The translations under genes were made by a program, and so were the position numbers. The notes under the pieces are model-generated. The model worked only from the letters and a program-made list of their open reading frames with translations, was not told the DNA's origin and did no database searches. A DNA stretch of 32,000 nucleotides from Betaproteobacteria bacterium LSUCC0117 (lineage in GTDB: Bacteria > Pseudomonadota > Gammaproteobacteria > Burkholderiales > Burkholderiaceae_C): contig JAUJFZ010000002.1 in the NCBI GenBank assembly GCA_030441535.1, positions 429,652 to 461,651 on the forward strand, in the 5' to 3' direction. Below, in pieces: positions 10,213-21,319 of this stretch (position 1 is the first letter of the stretch; each line of letters starts with the position of its first letter).

Positions 10213-10285
10213 TTGGAACCCAGCTGAATGATATCTGTTGGAAGAGATCAGCGTGATGTGATCGCGCGCACATCACACAGGCTAA

Positions 10286-10362
10286 TGGCAGGGGAGGAAG
10301 GACTCGAACCCTCGCATGCTGGAATCAAAATCCAGTGCCTTAACCAACTTGGCGACTCCCCT
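10286..10362 (-). tRNA. tRNA-Gln (anticodon TTG)
   Basis: The reverse complement folds as a cloverleaf: acceptor AGGGGAG/CTCCCCT, anticodon arm CTGGA-TTTTGAT-TCCAG, T arm GAGGG-TTCGAGT-CCTTC, and a 3' GCCA. Length is 77 nt. Confidence 0.9.
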
Positions 10363-10425
10363 AGGTGCTGAGCTAACAGCCTCGCTGATCAGGTAGACGT
10401 GGCTGCTAATCAGTCGAGCCTTCTA

Positions 10426-11343
10426 TTATCCAACATTTTTAGAGCTTTCCCAATTCGCTAAGGGATGAATTCCTACTTTTTTGCATTTTCGAGACAGCCA
10501 GCCATCAGGGAGGTCGGGCAGTGTTTCCGCCCCCCCGTCAGGTGCTATCGCAAACACTGTACTCCCCGAACCGGTCATGCGACCTTGAAGGCCAAGGGCC
10601 GCCAGTCGATCGAGTGCCGCTTGAATATCAGGGCACAACTCAGTCGCGACAGGTTGAAGGTCGTTGTGGCCGAAATCGGCTCTGTCAGTCAATGGCCGTT
10701 GGTTAAAAGTGTTCAGATCGACGCGTTTGGTTTGCCGGTTGAGGTGAGGCGCTTTGAAGATGGCGGGTGTCGATACACCGGCCGCCGGCTTGATGACCCA
10801 AAACGACAGTTCGGGCAAATCAAGCGGGCGGATGATCTCACCAATCCCTTCGACCCACGCATCGTGACCGCGGATAAAAAACGGGACATCAGCGCCAAGG
10901 GTCGCGCCGAGCTCGCAAAGTGTGTCAACCGAGAGCTTGCAACCCCACAAATGGTTGAGTGCCAGTAAGCAGGTCGCTGCGTCTGATGACCCGCCACCCA
11001 TACCAGCCTCAGCTGGCAGGTTTTTTTCAAGTCGAATCGTAGCGCCCAGCGCAACGCCCGCATATGCTTTCAAACAATTGGCGGCGCGTACACACAGATC
11101 GTCCGCGGGTAACTCGATGGGCTGCTGGCCTGCGCCGTCGATCCGTTCTATCAACCCGTCGGATCGTACTGTGATGTCGAGGTAATCCGCCCAATCGATT
11201 AGTGTGAAAATCGACTGCAGCTCATGCATGCCATCAGCTCGTCGTCCGACAACGTGCAGGAACAAATTCAACTTTGCGGGCGCCGGCAAGTTGCGCCAAC
11301 GTGGCAGACCTGTGGCGTCGGTGATCAGCTCAGGGGTTCGCAT
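10426..11343 (-). CDS. ispE: 4-(cytidine 5'-diphospho)-2-C-methyl-D-erythritol kinase
   Basis: PAPAKLNLFLHVVGRRADGMHEL and the GHMP kinase motif (AGMGGGSSDAA) are present. It lies downstream of lolB as in many proteobacteria. Confidence 0.9.
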   Translation of the reverse strand: MRTPELITDATGLPRWRNLPAPAKLNLFLHVVGRRADGMHELQSIFTLIDWADYLDITVRSDGLIERIDGAGQQPIELPADDLCVRAANCLKAYAGVALGATIRLEKNLPAEAGMGGGSSDAATCLLALNHLWGCKLSVDTLCELGATLGADVPFFIRGHDAWVEGIGEIIRPLDLPELSFWVIKPAAGVSTPAIFKAPHLNRQTKRVDLNTFNQRPLTDRADFGHNDLQPVATELCPDIQAALDRLAALGLQGRMTGSGSTVFAIAPDGGAETLPDLPDGWLSRKCKKVGIHPLANWESSKNVG

Positions 11344-11867
11344 GGCGGTACAGCCCCAAGGGGGCTGGGCTCAAACAAGAGAGTGAGTCGGGCACGCGGT
11401 TGTGGATTCTGCCGTTCCGCAACCAGCCGACCCTCGGCCAGTCGGCACAGATCAGCACGCCAACCGGCTGCACGCGTGTCGCGACCCTGTAACCAATCAA
11501 ACAGCGCGTCAATGGGTAATGCCGCACCCAGCAGCTCGGCACTGAGATCGTCCAGGTTGTTGTATCTGACGCTGCGGTTACCTTGTGTGAGTAACACAGC
11601 ATCTTGCGTCCAACGTGCTTGCGCAACCGTTGTACCCAGCGGCGACAACAACAACAATTCGCCCGCTTTTGCCGTACCCATGAGATCGAAGTTAGCTCGG
11701 TGCGATTCGCGGGGCTCGCTGTCAACGACGATGGCCAGCCGTCCTTGCCAGGACGCGTTGTGTAAGCTAGCGGGGCGTGGGGGTGTGGCGCATCCGAGCA
11801 GCACCAGCGCCGCCAAAAACGCCAGCACCATGCGTCCACGCGCCATCAATTGACCCGCCAGCGTCAA
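11325..11867 (-). CDS. lolB: Outer-membrane lipoprotein LolB
   Basis: It has a signal peptide with lipobox (LVLLGC) and is about 180 aa. The position immediately upstream of ispE is conserved, and it overlaps ispE by 19 nt. The start among the N-terminal Met codons is uncertain. Confidence 0.7.
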   Translation of the reverse strand: MTLAGQLMARGRMVLAFLAALVLLGCATPPRPASLHNASWQGRLAIVVDSEPRESHRANFDLMGTAKAGELLLLSPLGTTVAQARWTQDAVLLTQGNRSVRYNNLDDLSAELLGAALPIDALFDWLQGRDTRAAGWRADLCRLAEGRLVAERQNPQPRARLTLLFEPSPLGAVPPCEPLS

Positions 11868-13639
11868 GGCGTAATCCCCAAACGCTTTAAGGTATCGATC
11901 AGTACTGTGCTCTTTGGGTATCGGCGCTGTGCGTCACGCAGTAATTTTTCCGCAGATTGGGTTTGCCCCAATTTCCACCAGACCTCGCCCAAGTGCGCGG
12001 CAATTTCAGGGTCTTGTTTCATACCATAGGCTTTTTGCAAGGTACGCGCGGCTTCGGCCAGGTTGCCCTGTCGAAAATAAGCCCAACCCAAACTGTCGGT
12101 AATGAGTGGGTCATTGGGGCTCAGTCGCAAAGCCTCTTCAATGAGCGCTTGTGCTTCCGGCAGGCGCTCACCACGGTCGACCAGCGCGTAACCCAGCGCG
12201 TTGTAGGCGTGACTGTAATCCGGGCGTTTGGCAATCAAGGTACGCAGCAACGTTTCCATCTCGGCGTGTTTGCCAAGTTGCTCAGCCAACATGGCCTGGC
12301 TGTATAGAAGTTCCGGATCGTCGGGGTATGCATCGGTCAGCTCGCTGGACAACTGATAGGCGTCTGCCGTGCGGTTGAATTCCCGTAACCACCGCACTTT
12401 CAGTTGCATCTTGTTTTTGGTCGCATCAGCACCCGGCATGTCGTCCGATGCGCTCGGGCTGTCCAACAGGCTCAAGGCATCATCCAAACGTCCCTGCTTA
12501 CCCATCAGCACCGCTTTGCGATAGTTGACGTCATCGTCTGCTGGGATCGCAGCGAGCCATTGCTCGGCGCTTGCCCAGTAAGATTGCGCTTGGGCTATAT
12601 CTGCCAAAAGCAACCGACTTTGACGGTCAATCAGATCGCTACGCGATGGATCGTTGGTTTTGGCCGCTGCCGTTTCCTTTTGATTGAGCGCCAACGCTTG
12701 CTGGGCCGCCTTGCCAGCGGCTGCAAAATTACCGTGCTGTAGCTCGATTTGTCCCCTCAAGAGCCACGCGGCAATGAATTCTGGCGAGTCGGCAAGAAGC
12801 CGCTCAAGCTCGTTCAGCGCAGGGGTCAAACGGTTATCAATGAACAGTAACCGCGCATAGCTGAAGCGCGCGTTCGTTTTGTCAGTCAGCGCATTGATGT
12901 GTTGAACCACCAGAGGCTCGGCGGTGGCGACACCTTGTTCCATCAGATTGAGGGCCAGCCGACCAGCGTCGAGATCAGCGGGACGGGACTTATAAGCCTC
13001 TGCCAGGGCTCGCATTGCACCCGCGGTGTCGTTCCCGTTTAGCCTGACCGTACCAATGGCAGCCCAGGCCGCCGCTGCCAATTCGCGGTCTCTTTTGACA
13101 GCTTTGAGGCTGGTCTGCGCGATCTCATCCGCCTTCTTCTGAAGGGCTTGTGGCAATCGGTTCAGCGTGCTTGGAATGGCGCGAATAATCTCGCGCCGAT
13201 CTGCGCCTGACGATTGCGCGATGATTTTCGTCAGTGCTTCTGTCACGCCATTCAGTCGGTTGGTCGCAATGGCAACCCGTAACTTCATCGACTGCGCTCT
13301 TTGGCTTTCCGGCTGGCGTTTGATCCAATCGTTGACAGCACCCCATGCGACATCGCCCGCACCCGCTTGAATCGCAATCTCTACTGCGCGGGCCGATAGT
13401 TGTTCGTCTTCGCTGTTTTTGGCGGCAGCGGCAATGAATTGGAATGCCAAGCCGTTATCGCCCTGACGGCTAGCGATTTCCCCTGCGAGTATTTGATAGA
13501 ACAAACGCCCGTCGAGCTCTGAGTTCTCGTCGGTTGAAGCGGGGCCCGGCGGTGTGGCCGCCTGCGCCACGCACACGGCAATGGCCCATGTGATGGGTAA
13601 CAACCGTTTCGCAAAAGTTGGGTAACGGTGCTTAGGCAT
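11864..13639 (-). CDS. Tetratricopeptide-repeat (TPR) protein with signal peptide
   Basis: Multiple TPR-like helical repeats are present (e.g. AYNALGYALVDRGERLPEAQALIEEALRLSPNDP). I chose the start at 13639 (MPKHRYPTFAKRLLPITWAIAVCVAQA), which gives a signal peptide. The stop overlaps the lolB start. Confidence 0.7.
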   Translation of the reverse strand: MPKHRYPTFAKRLLPITWAIAVCVAQAATPPGPASTDENSELDGRLFYQILAGEIASRQGDNGLAFQFIAAAAKNSEDEQLSARAVEIAIQAGAGDVAWGAVNDWIKRQPESQRAQSMKLRVAIATNRLNGVTEALTKIIAQSSGADRREIIRAIPSTLNRLPQALQKKADEIAQTSLKAVKRDRELAAAAWAAIGTVRLNGNDTAGAMRALAEAYKSRPADLDAGRLALNLMEQGVATAEPLVVQHINALTDKTNARFSYARLLFIDNRLTPALNELERLLADSPEFIAAWLLRGQIELQHGNFAAAGKAAQQALALNQKETAAAKTNDPSRSDLIDRQSRLLLADIAQAQSYWASAEQWLAAIPADDDVNYRKAVLMGKQGRLDDALSLLDSPSASDDMPGADATKNKMQLKVRWLREFNRTADAYQLSSELTDAYPDDPELLYSQAMLAEQLGKHAEMETLLRTLIAKRPDYSHAYNALGYALVDRGERLPEAQALIEEALRLSPNDPLITDSLGWAYFRQGNLAEAARTLQKAYGMKQDPEIAAHLGEVWWKLGQTQSAEKLLRDAQRRYPKSTVLIDTLKRLGITP

Positions 13640-13764
13640 ATTGGCAGAAGGTGGGGTGTTGCAAGCCGGGTCAAAAAAGCTGCTGTGACCCACCATAATA
13701 AGCGATTCGCGCTTCAGGCGAATGCCTCGCGCCAATACCCAAAAACCATAAAAAGCCTTTACCC

Positions 13765-14586
13765 ATGCCCGAACTTCCAGAAGTCGAAGTCACGCGTCGA
13801 AGCTTTGCCGATGCCATCCAAGGGGCCACGATCGCGCACCTTTGGATGGGCAAGCCATTGCGTTGGCCGCTGGGCTGCGCGCCATCGGTGGTGGCTGGTC
13901 GGGTCATCACCAATGTCACGCGACGCGGCAAGTACCTTTTGCTGCACCTCAACCCAGGTTTGTTGATGGTGCACTTGGGCATGTCGGGTAGCTTGGCCTT
14001 CTCGCCGGCGGGTGCAGCACGCACGGCGCTTGGTACACATGACCACTTTGAGCTGCACACCTCGGCAGGCGTTTTACGCTTAACTGATCCCCGGCGGTTT
14101 GGCGCCATTGTGTATGCCGATGGCTTGTCCGACGCCCGTGCCGTCAAGTTGTTGGGCCATCTCGGCGTCGAGCCTTTGGACGATGGCTTTGAAGTCGACG
14201 ACTTTGTCGCCGCAATGCGGATGCGTCGTGCGCCGATCAAGCAGGTCTTGTTGGCCGGCGATGTTGTGGTTGGTGTCGGTAATATTTATGCGTCGGAGGC
14301 TCTGTTTTTAGCCGGTATACGCCCCACACGTGCCGCTAACCGTGTCGCGCCAGCAAGGCTCAGACGCTTGCATGCCGTGATCAAGCAGGTGCTGCAACAA
14401 GCCGTTGACCTGGGTGGATCGACACTCAAAGACTTTAAAAACGCACAGGGTGAGCACGGCTTGTTTCAAACCCAATCAAGGGTCTATGACCGCGCCGGTG
14501 AGCCATGCTACGTGTGCCAAAGCCCCATTAAACGAATGGTTCAGGGACAACGTGCCACCTATTACTGTGCGAGCTGCCAAAAATGA
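13765..14586 (+). CDS. mutM: Formamidopyrimidine-DNA glycosylase
   Basis: The canonical MPELPEVE N-terminus and a C-terminal zinc finger (CYVCQSPI...YYCASCQ) are present. Length is 273 aa. Confidence 0.9.
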   Translation: MPELPEVEVTRRSFADAIQGATIAHLWMGKPLRWPLGCAPSVVAGRVITNVTRRGKYLLLHLNPGLLMVHLGMSGSLAFSPAGAARTALGTHDHFELHTSAGVLRLTDPRRFGAIVYADGLSDARAVKLLGHLGVEPLDDGFEVDDFVAAMRMRRAPIKQVLLAGDVVVGVGNIYASEALFLAGIRPTRAANRVAPARLRRLHAVIKQVLQQAVDLGGSTLKDFKNAQGEHGLFQTQSRVYDRAGEPCYVCQSPIKRMVQGQRATYYCASCQK

Positions 14587-15686
14587 ATCAGCCCGTCGCG
14601 TTGCCCCCAACTTTTGTATCGCAATTGGTGGCTTGGCAGCGGGCGCATGGCCGTCATCATTTGCCCTGGCAACAGCAGCGTGAGCCTTATCGGGTGTGGC
14701 TATCTGAGGTGATGCTGCAGCAAACCCAAGTGGTTACGGTCATCTCGTATTTCGACCGATTCCTCACCGCATTTCCCACCGTCCAGGCGTTAGCTGCAGC
14801 GCCCCAGTCTGATGTGCTGTCGCTGTGGGCTGGCTTGGGCTATTACAGTCGCGCGCGCATGCTGCATCGGTGCGCGCAGGCGTTGGTAGACCAGCACGGT
14901 GGCGTATTTCCAAGCACCGTCGATGCGTTGGTTAAGTTACCCGGCATTGGCCCCTCCACCGCCGCCGCGATCGCGTCTTTTTGTTACGGCGTGCCGGTGA
15001 GTATTTATGACGGCAACGTCAAACGGGTGCTGTCGCGGTTATTGGCTTTCGAGGGCGACTTGAGTACCACCGCAGCGAGCAAGCAATTGCATGAAAAGGC
15101 GCAAGCGCTCTTGACACTTGGGCTGGCATCCGGCGCCGCCGCTCCATGCGAAGTGATGCCCGCTTACACGCAAGGGTTGATGGACTTGGGTGCCACCGTT
15201 TGCCATTTGCGCAGCCCCCAATGTGAGACGTGCCCCGTGCAATCGTTGTGCGCGGCGCGCGCAGCGAGCGCGCAAACCCAATACCCCGTTAAGTTGAAGA
15301 AGCTGAAGCGAACGACCGAGCGTTGGCTTTGGTTGCGCATCCAAACGCCCGGGGCGATCTGGTTAGAGCGTCGACCGCAAAAGGGTATTTGGGCTGGGAT
15401 GCAGGCGCCCCCTTTGTTCGACAGCGAATTAAGTTTGCACACGTGGCTTCACGCGCAGGGCATCAGCAAGGTCGCGATTGAAAAAGCTGAAACAGGCGAC
15501 GTGATTAAACATGTGCTCACGCACAAAGACCTGTATCTCACGCCTGTAACAGTCAGCTTGGATCAGGTATTTGTGCGCGCACCCGATACACTTTTGCAGG
15601 GGGACTGGGTACCGATAGAGGCTTTGATCTCAGCGGCACTGCCCGCGCCTGCCCGTAAATGGTTGCTGGGAGAAACGCGCCTTTAG
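14583..15686 (+). CDS. mutY: A/G-specific adenine DNA glycosylase
   Basis: The HhH-GPD core ([24 protein letters not shown]), the 4Fe-4S loop ([17 protein letters not shown]) and a NUDIX-like C-terminal domain are present. The start ATG overlaps the mutM stop (ATGA). Confidence 0.9.
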   Translation: MNQPVALPPTFVSQLVAWQRAHGRHHLPWQQQREPYRVWLSEVMLQQTQVVTVISYFDRFLTAFPTVQALAAAPQSDVLSLWAGLGYYSRARMLHRCAQALVDQHGGVFPSTVDALVKLPGIGPSTAAAIASFCYGVPVSIYDGNVKRVLSRLLAFEGDLSTTAASKQLHEKAQALLTLGLASGAAAPCEVMPAYTQGLMDLGATVCHLRSPQCETCPVQSLCAARAASAQTQYPVKLKKLKRTTERWLWLRIQTPGAIWLERRPQKGIWAGMQAPPLFDSELSLHTWLHAQGISKVAIEKAETGDVIKHVLTHKDLYLTPVTVSLDQVFVRAPDTLLQGDWVPIEALISAALPAPARKWLLGETRL

Positions 15687-16606
15687 GCGTTGGCTTTCTT
15701 TTCGAGCTCTCGATGGCGCACCTGGGTCGACCATTCTTTGGCAAATTGGGTGCAGAGGGTTTGGGCTAAATAAACGGAGCGGTGTTGGCCACCCGTGCAA
15801 CCAATGGCAACCGTCACATACGCGCGGTGATCACGGGCCATTGAGGGCAACCATTGCAACAAAAACTCAGAGATCTGCGCCCGCATCTGATCGACCGCCG
15901 GTTGCGCACGGAGGTAGTCGATGACACCCTGATCCAACCCCGTTAGCGCACGCAGTGTTGGCTCGTAGTGGGGGTTAGGCAACATGCGAACATCGAACAC
16001 AAAGTCTGCATCCATAGGGATGCCTTGTTTGAAAGCAAACGACTCGAACATCAACTGCAGACCACTTTCTGGGTTGTCGACTTCGATCAGCTGTTTAATT
16101 TGCGTTCGCAAACCGGCGGCACTGGTTTGACTGGTGTCGATCACATGCGCTTTATCACGCAAGTCTTTGAGGAGCTCGCGCTCTAAGGCGATGGCCTCCA
16201 TGAGCACGCGCGTTGGGTTTTGTATCTTGGCATCGCCCGTCAGTAAGGGGTGTGCGCGCCGTGTCTCTGAGAACCGTCTAACCAACGCATCGGTTGTGGT
16301 TTCGAGGTAGATGGCGATCAGCTTTATACCTTGCGCTTGCAGTGTTTTGAGGTCCGCCGGAATCCCGGGCAAGCCGGTGGCACTGCGGGCATCCATGGCC
16401 ACTGCCACTTTCCGTGCCTTGTGTTTTTGTTCAACGGCGACAAGATCCAGCAATAACTCAGGCGGCAGGTTGTCTACACAAAAGTAACCCGCATCCTCTA
16501 GCGCGGCAAGCGCCACCGATTTGCCTGAGCCGGACACACCGGTTAACAAGACCAATTCGAGTGCCCCGGCTGAGTCAATGCCAGCGCTTTCCAGCTTGAA
16601 CGTCAT
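15683..16606 (-). CDS. rapZ: RNase adapter protein RapZ (YhbJ family)
   Basis: Walker A ([12 protein letters not shown]), FCVDNLP and the C-terminal [11 protein letters not shown] motif are present. Length is 307 aa. Confidence 0.9.
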   Translation of the reverse strand: MTFKLESAGIDSAGALELVLLTGVSGSGKSVALAALEDAGYFCVDNLPPELLLDLVAVEQKHKARKVAVAMDARSATGLPGIPADLKTLQAQGIKLIAIYLETTTDALVRRFSETRRAHPLLTGDAKIQNPTRVLMEAIALERELLKDLRDKAHVIDTSQTSAAGLRTQIKQLIEVDNPESGLQLMFESFAFKQGIPMDADFVFDVRMLPNPHYEPTLRALTGLDQGVIDYLRAQPAVDQMRAQISEFLLQWLPSMARDHRAYVTVAIGCTGGQHRSVYLAQTLCTQFAKEWSTQVRHRELEKKANA

Positions 16607-18276
16607 GCTGTCTGCCCCTGGGCCAACATCTCAGAGGCATGCGCCAGTGATGTCTTGGATTGCACATCACCGCCCAGCATGCGCGCGATTTCTTGCGTCC
16701 TCGCGTCACCTGCAACGGGATGTACCTCACTGACTGTTTGATCCGATTGACGCGCTTTTTTAACCACCCAGTGGTTATCGGCGCTGGCGGCGACCTGCGC
16801 CAAGTGCGTGACTGCCAATACCTGTCGATCGCGACCTAAACGGTGCATCAACTGCCCGACGGTCTGTGCCACCTGTCCGCCAATTCCAGAGTCAACCTCG
16901 TCGAATATCAAAGTTGGCGCTTCGCCCAAGCGACTGGTGCAAACCGCAATCGCCAATGCGATACGTGACAACTCACCCCCTGAGGCTACTTTATTGACGG
17001 GTCTTGGTGGCGTGCCTGCGTGCCCAGCAACTAAAAACTCGATGTCATCGAGACCATGTTGCTGTGGCGTCTCCAGTAGCTCGATAGCCACCTCAAAAAG
17101 GCCCCCATCCATGCCGAGGGTTTGCATGGCCGTTGTGATCTCCGTGGACAGGCGCTTCGCCGCCTTCTCGCGGGCTTCATGCACGACCTTGGCCTCGGCC
17201 ATCACCTGTTTCGAGTTTGCGGCAACTTGTTTTTTGAGACCCTCAATATCGACTGCCTCGTTCAAACTGGCGAGCTCAGCCTCCCACGCCGAGAGGCGTT
17301 GGGGCAACGTTTCTGGTTCGCATTTCAGGCGGCGTGCGTGCGACAACCAGTTGCTCACACGTTCATCCAGCACACGGAATTCTGCAGGGTCTAGGTCGTT
17401 GTGACGGCCGTACAAATGCAGGCTGTGAGTGGCATCCTCAATGAGCGCCTGCGCCTGTTGCAGCACCTCGACCAACGGGGTGAATTGCGGCTCGATGTCT
17501 GTGTGCTTTTCGAGGGCCACAATTGTTTTATGAATCAGGCCACTGGCGTTGTGATCGCCATCCTCTAGGGCATCAGCGCCCAGTTGGGCTGCTTCAATCA
17601 GCGCCTGCGCATGCGACTGGCGGTTGTGCTCGGCATTGAGTGCCTCCCACTCATCGGCCTTGGGTGCCAGCTTGCCCAGTTCAGTGATTTGCCAACTGAG
17701 CCTTTCAGCGTCTTGCGCCAAGGTAGCTTGCTTGGCGGTCGCCTCGGTTAAGGTGTTTTCGCTATCCCGCCATGCCTGCCATAACTCCGCGAGTTTGGTG
17801 GTGTTGATGCCGGCGTAACCGTCAAGCAAGGCGCGTTGTGACGCCGGGCGGCTGAGGCTTTGCCACGCATGCTGCCCATGAATATCAACCAGTGCATCGC
17901 CCACATGGCGTAGCTGCGTCATGGTGGCCGGGAAGCCGTTGATCCACGCTTTACTGCGACCTTGTGCATCAATTTGTCGACGCAACAGCAGTTGGTGGTT
18001 ATGGCGGTCACCTGCATCGCCATCCAAGCCACTCTCGATAAGCCAGTCGTATAAGTCGGGGGTCCCGTCAACTTCAATCACGATGTCGCAGCGGTTGGCA
18101 CCATGCCGAATCACGCCCGCATCGGCGCGCTGACCCAGTGCGATTTGAACCGCGTCGATTAAAATAGACTTACCGGCACCCGTCTCGCCTGTCAGGGCGG
18201 TGAAGCCGTTTGACACATCGACCTCAAGTGTGTCAACGATCACAAAGTCCTTCAAAGAAATACGCCGAAGACTCAT
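16603..18276 (-). CDS. recN: DNA repair protein RecN
   Basis: It has the SMC-like N-terminus [15 protein letters not shown], a long coiled coil, and the C-terminal signature ([11 protein letters not shown]) with Walker B ([12 protein letters not shown]). Length is 557 aa. Confidence 0.9.
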   Translation of the reverse strand: MSLRRISLKDFVIVDTLEVDVSNGFTALTGETGAGKSILIDAVQIALGQRADAGVIRHGANRCDIVIEVDGTPDLYDWLIESGLDGDAGDRHNHQLLLRRQIDAQGRSKAWINGFPATMTQLRHVGDALVDIHGQHAWQSLSRPASQRALLDGYAGINTTKLAELWQAWRDSENTLTEATAKQATLAQDAERLSWQITELGKLAPKADEWEALNAEHNRQSHAQALIEAAQLGADALEDGDHNASGLIHKTIVALEKHTDIEPQFTPLVEVLQQAQALIEDATHSLHLYGRHNDLDPAEFRVLDERVSNWLSHARRLKCEPETLPQRLSAWEAELASLNEAVDIEGLKKQVAANSKQVMAEAKVVHEAREKAAKRLSTEITTAMQTLGMDGGLFEVAIELLETPQQHGLDDIEFLVAGHAGTPPRPVNKVASGGELSRIALAIAVCTSRLGEAPTLIFDEVDSGIGGQVAQTVGQLMHRLGRDRQVLAVTHLAQVAASADNHWVVKKARQSDQTVSEVHPVAGDARTQEIARMLGGDVQSKTSLAHASEMLAQGQTA

Positions 18277-18278
18277 GG

Positions 18279-19199
18279 TTAGGCAGCGCCCTCATTCCAA
18301 TGTAGTTTTTTACGCAAGGTATCGAAGTAGTTCCAGCCAATGGGGTGTAGCAGACGCAGGCCATGCGCGGCCGCACGAACTGTAATGCGGTCGCCCTTGA
18401 GCAAACTGGTGAGCGACTGCATGTCAAAGTTGGCAGTGGCCCCTAAGCCGCGAACAATCTCAATCACCACCTCGCACTCAAATGGCAAAACAATCGGGCG
18501 GTTGGACAACGTGTGTGGTGCGATCGGCGCCATTACCCACCCCGCCACGCTGGGGTGCACGATGGGGCCGCCTGCGGACATGGCATATGCCGTCGACCCT
18601 GTTGGTGACGCGATGATCAGACCGTCCGCACGCTGGTTGGCAACAAAATGATCGTTCACCTCGATGCGCAGTTCGATCATGCCGCTGGCACTGCCGCGGT
18701 TGACCACCACGTCATTTAGGGCCGAGGCCTCGAACACGCAATGCCCCTCTCGCCAAACCTGTGCTTGCATCATCCCCCGTAATTCTTGGTCGTATTCGCC
18801 GGCCAGCATGGGCGGTAACACGTCCCGGTAATCTTCAAGCGCTATGTCGGTAATGAAGCCCACCCGGCCCTGATTGACCCCGATCATGGGCACACCATGG
18901 CTCGCCAAACGCCTACCAACGCCCAGCATGGTGCCATCGCCACCAACCACCACGGCGAGGTCACACTGTCGACCAATGGCGTCGACATCCACGGTGGGGA
19001 AGTCGCCGATGCCCGTGTTCAGGGCGGTCTCCCGCTCCAAGCTCACCTCGAGCCCCTGAGCCGTCAAAAAAACCGCCAAACCGTGAAGGTCTCTGTGGGT
19101 ATCGGCTGCCTGGAACTTACCAATGAGCGCCACGTGATGAAACCGGCTCGGGTGAGCCTGCGGGCTGGTACGTGCGGGGTCGGAGGCACTGGGTTTCAT
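18279..19199 (-). CDS. nadK: NAD kinase
   Basis: The GGDGTMLG motif and the NE/D core ([23 protein letters not shown]) are present. I chose the start at 19199 (MKPSAS...). The longer ORF to 19250 would overlap the hrcA start. Confidence 0.85.
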   Translation of the reverse strand: MKPSASDPARTSPQAHPSRFHHVALIGKFQAADTHRDLHGLAVFLTAQGLEVSLERETALNTGIGDFPTVDVDAIGRQCDLAVVVGGDGTMLGVGRRLASHGVPMIGVNQGRVGFITDIALEDYRDVLPPMLAGEYDQELRGMMQAQVWREGHCVFEASALNDVVVNRGSASGMIELRIEVNDHFVANQRADGLIIASPTGSTAYAMSAGGPIVHPSVAGWVMAPIAPHTLSNRPIVLPFECEVVIEIVRGLGATANFDMQSLTSLLKGDRITVRAAAHGLRLLHPIGWNYFDTLRKKLHWNEGAA

Positions 19200-19248
19200 G
19201 ATTTGCAAATTACAACATACCCGGGGGCGGAGTTCGTACAATACCCGC

Positions 19249-20268
19249 ATGTTAGACGAGCGGTCAAAATTGTTACTGAAGTCGTTGGTTGAACGTTACA
19301 TTGCGGACGGTCAGCCGGTCGGATCGCGAACGCTTTCCAAGGCCAACGGCTTGGATCTGTCGCCTGCCACGATCCGCAACGTCATGAGCGACCTAGAGGA
19401 ACTTGGCTTGGTCACCAGCCCGCACACCTCCTCGGGCCGCGTACCGACCTCCAAGGGCTATCGCCTGTTTGTCGACACCATGCTCAAGGTCGACCCCGAC
19501 AGCCTGGACCTGCCCGCCGGCTTACCCAAAGAATTTAGCGCTGATCAGCCCGTAAAGGTCCTTAACAGTGCCGCACAGTTGTTATCTAACTTGTCGCAGT
19601 TTGTCGGGGTTGTGGTCGTACCCAAGCGCAATTCGGTTTTCCGTCATATTGAGTTTTTATCGCTGTCTGAAAGGCGGGTGCTCATCATCATCGTGTCGCC
19701 CGATGGCGACGTACAAAACCGGGTGATCCACACCGCCGTCAACTACGCTCAAAGTGAGTTGGTTGAAGCGGCCAATTTTCTGAACGCCAACTACGCTGGA
19801 CTCACGATGGAAGAGGTCCGGTTGCGCCTGCGCCGAGAGGTTGACTCGTTGCGGCGCGAAATTGGGCAGTTGATGCAAGCCGCCGTGGCCGCCAGTGAGG
19901 ACTCTGGTGCCGACCAAGCCGATGTTGTGATCTCCGGCGAGCGGAACCTGTTGTCGGTCAGCGAATTTTCTGCCGACCTCAATAACCTGCGCCGCATGTA
20001 CGACCTGTTTGAGCAGAAGGCCCAGTTGATGCAATTGCTGGACGGCTCCGACCGCGCAGATGGGGTACGCATTTTCATCGGGGGCGAGAGCGAACGCATG
20101 CCTTATGAGGATGTCTCGGTCGTATCAGCAACCTACGAAGTAGATGGCAAAGTGCTCGGCACGCTGGGGGTCATTGGGCCGCAACGCATGCAATACAACC
20201 GCATGATCCAAGTGGTTGACATCACCGCCAAGATGGTTGGGCTGGCCTTGAGTCAAGGTAAGTCATAA
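19249..20268 (+). CDS. hrcA: Heat-inducible transcription repressor HrcA
   Basis: [30 protein letters not shown] is the canonical HrcA winged-helix N-terminus. The 17-codon upstream extension in the ORF track is rejected. Confidence 0.9.
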   Translation: MLDERSKLLLKSLVERYIADGQPVGSRTLSKANGLDLSPATIRNVMSDLEELGLVTSPHTSSGRVPTSKGYRLFVDTMLKVDPDSLDLPAGLPKEFSADQPVKVLNSAAQLLSNLSQFVGVVVVPKRNSVFRHIEFLSLSERRVLIIIVSPDGDVQNRVIHTAVNYAQSELVEAANFLNANYAGLTMEEVRLRLRREVDSLRREIGQLMQAAVAASEDSGADQADVVISGERNLLSVSEFSADLNNLRRMYDLFEQKAQLMQLLDGSDRADGVRIFIGGESERMPYEDVSVVSATYEVDGKVLGTLGVIGPQRMQYNRMIQVVDITAKMVGLALSQGKS

Positions 20269-20298
20269 ACGGATTTACTCCACTCGGCTGGCCATGCG

Positions 20299-21255
20299 TT
20301 ATGCGCGACGGGCACCAATCAAAATTCCAGCTGTCACCAAAGCCAATCCCATGAGGGTGTTCGTTGACAAGACCTCACCCAAGACCAGCGCAGCCCCCAT
20401 CGCCGATAAGCCTGGCACCACCGCTGTGAGCATCGTCGTGCGAATGGGACCGAAGTAACGAATCATAAGATTGAACCCGATCCCCGCAAGTACCACCGTT
20501 CCGACGCCTTGGTAAACCGCTTGAAAAACCACCTCAAGCCCGGGTGCCGTCAGCAGATGACTCTCGATCAAACCCGCTGATGCCAATACAGCGTAAACCG
20601 GCAAGTAGGTGAAAACCGAAAAAACGGTTACTGCGATCGTCGTGTGTACCGGATCCAACCCCTGTCGGCGCACGAAAACGCCATAGGCTGCCCAGCATGA
20701 GGCTGCGCTCATGAATAGCAAATCGCCCACCCATACATCACCACCTTCAAATGCCTTCAATAAGCTAGCGCCGCCAACGGACACACCACCGCCCAAAATA
20801 CAGAGCAAGCCAATCCCACGGGTTCGGGTGATTTTTTCCTTCAACACCAAGATGGCAAGGATGGTCGTCCAAAGTGGCAAGCTGCCCGGCAGCAGCACCG
20901 AGGCATGCGCCGCCGGCGCGAAAAAGAAACCGCTGTGAGCCAGCGAAGCGTAAAGCACCGAGCCGAGCAGGCCGGTAAACACCGTTGCGCGCCAACTCAG
21001 GGGCGACAAACCCAATAAGCTCACCGAAGGCATCTTCCGCCGTCGCATCGCCCACCAAGCCCAAGGCAGCAGCACAAAACCAGCACCCAAAATCCGCAGA
21101 AACACAATGTCAAGTGGCGTGAGGTTGTGCGCAACCGACGCTCGGGCGATGACAATGAAAGACGTCCAAATCGTGATCGTGGTTGCCGCGGCAAGCCAGC
21201 CAACGGTTTTTGGTGTGAGTGTCATGGCCGCGATCATACGTGCTGGGCGCACCAC
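20299..21255 (-). CDS. DMT-superfamily (EamA-like) transporter
   Basis: About 10 predicted hydrophobic helices form two EamA-like halves. Length is 318 aa. Confidence 0.75.
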   Translation of the reverse strand: MVRPARMIAAMTLTPKTVGWLAAATTITIWTSFIVIARASVAHNLTPLDIVFLRILGAGFVLLPWAWWAMRRRKMPSVSLLGLSPLSWRATVFTGLLGSVLYASLAHSGFFFAPAAHASVLLPGSLPLWTTILAILVLKEKITRTRGIGLLCILGGGVSVGGASLLKAFEGGDVWVGDLLFMSAASCWAAYGVFVRRQGLDPVHTTIAVTVFSVFTYLPVYAVLASAGLIESHLLTAPGLEVVFQAVYQGVGTVVLAGIGFNLMIRYFGPIRTTMLTAVVPGLSAMGAALVLGEVLSTNTLMGLALVTAGILIGARRA

Positions 21256-21319
21256 AGCCTGTCGCTTGGAGTGAGGCGTGCATCCGCAGTGAGCCGAACC
21301 CTCGCCCCGCTAGCCGCTG

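Noticed and set aside
10253-10278. The GTGATGTG-N8/10-CACATCAC hairpin between tRNA-Gln and prs, considered as a regulatory element.
   Set aside because: It has no T tract and no recognisable attenuator logic. It is most simply a tRNA 3' processing or terminator stem. It is not distinctive enough to report as a finding.
19100-19248. A sigma-32-type promoter (CTTGAAA-N13-15-CCCCATNT) upstream of hrcA, which would complete a reciprocal rpoH/hrcA loop.
   Set aside because: Only weak partial matches are present (TTGCAAA...CCCGGGGG, CTGGAAC...CCACGTGA). None is convincing enough to call.
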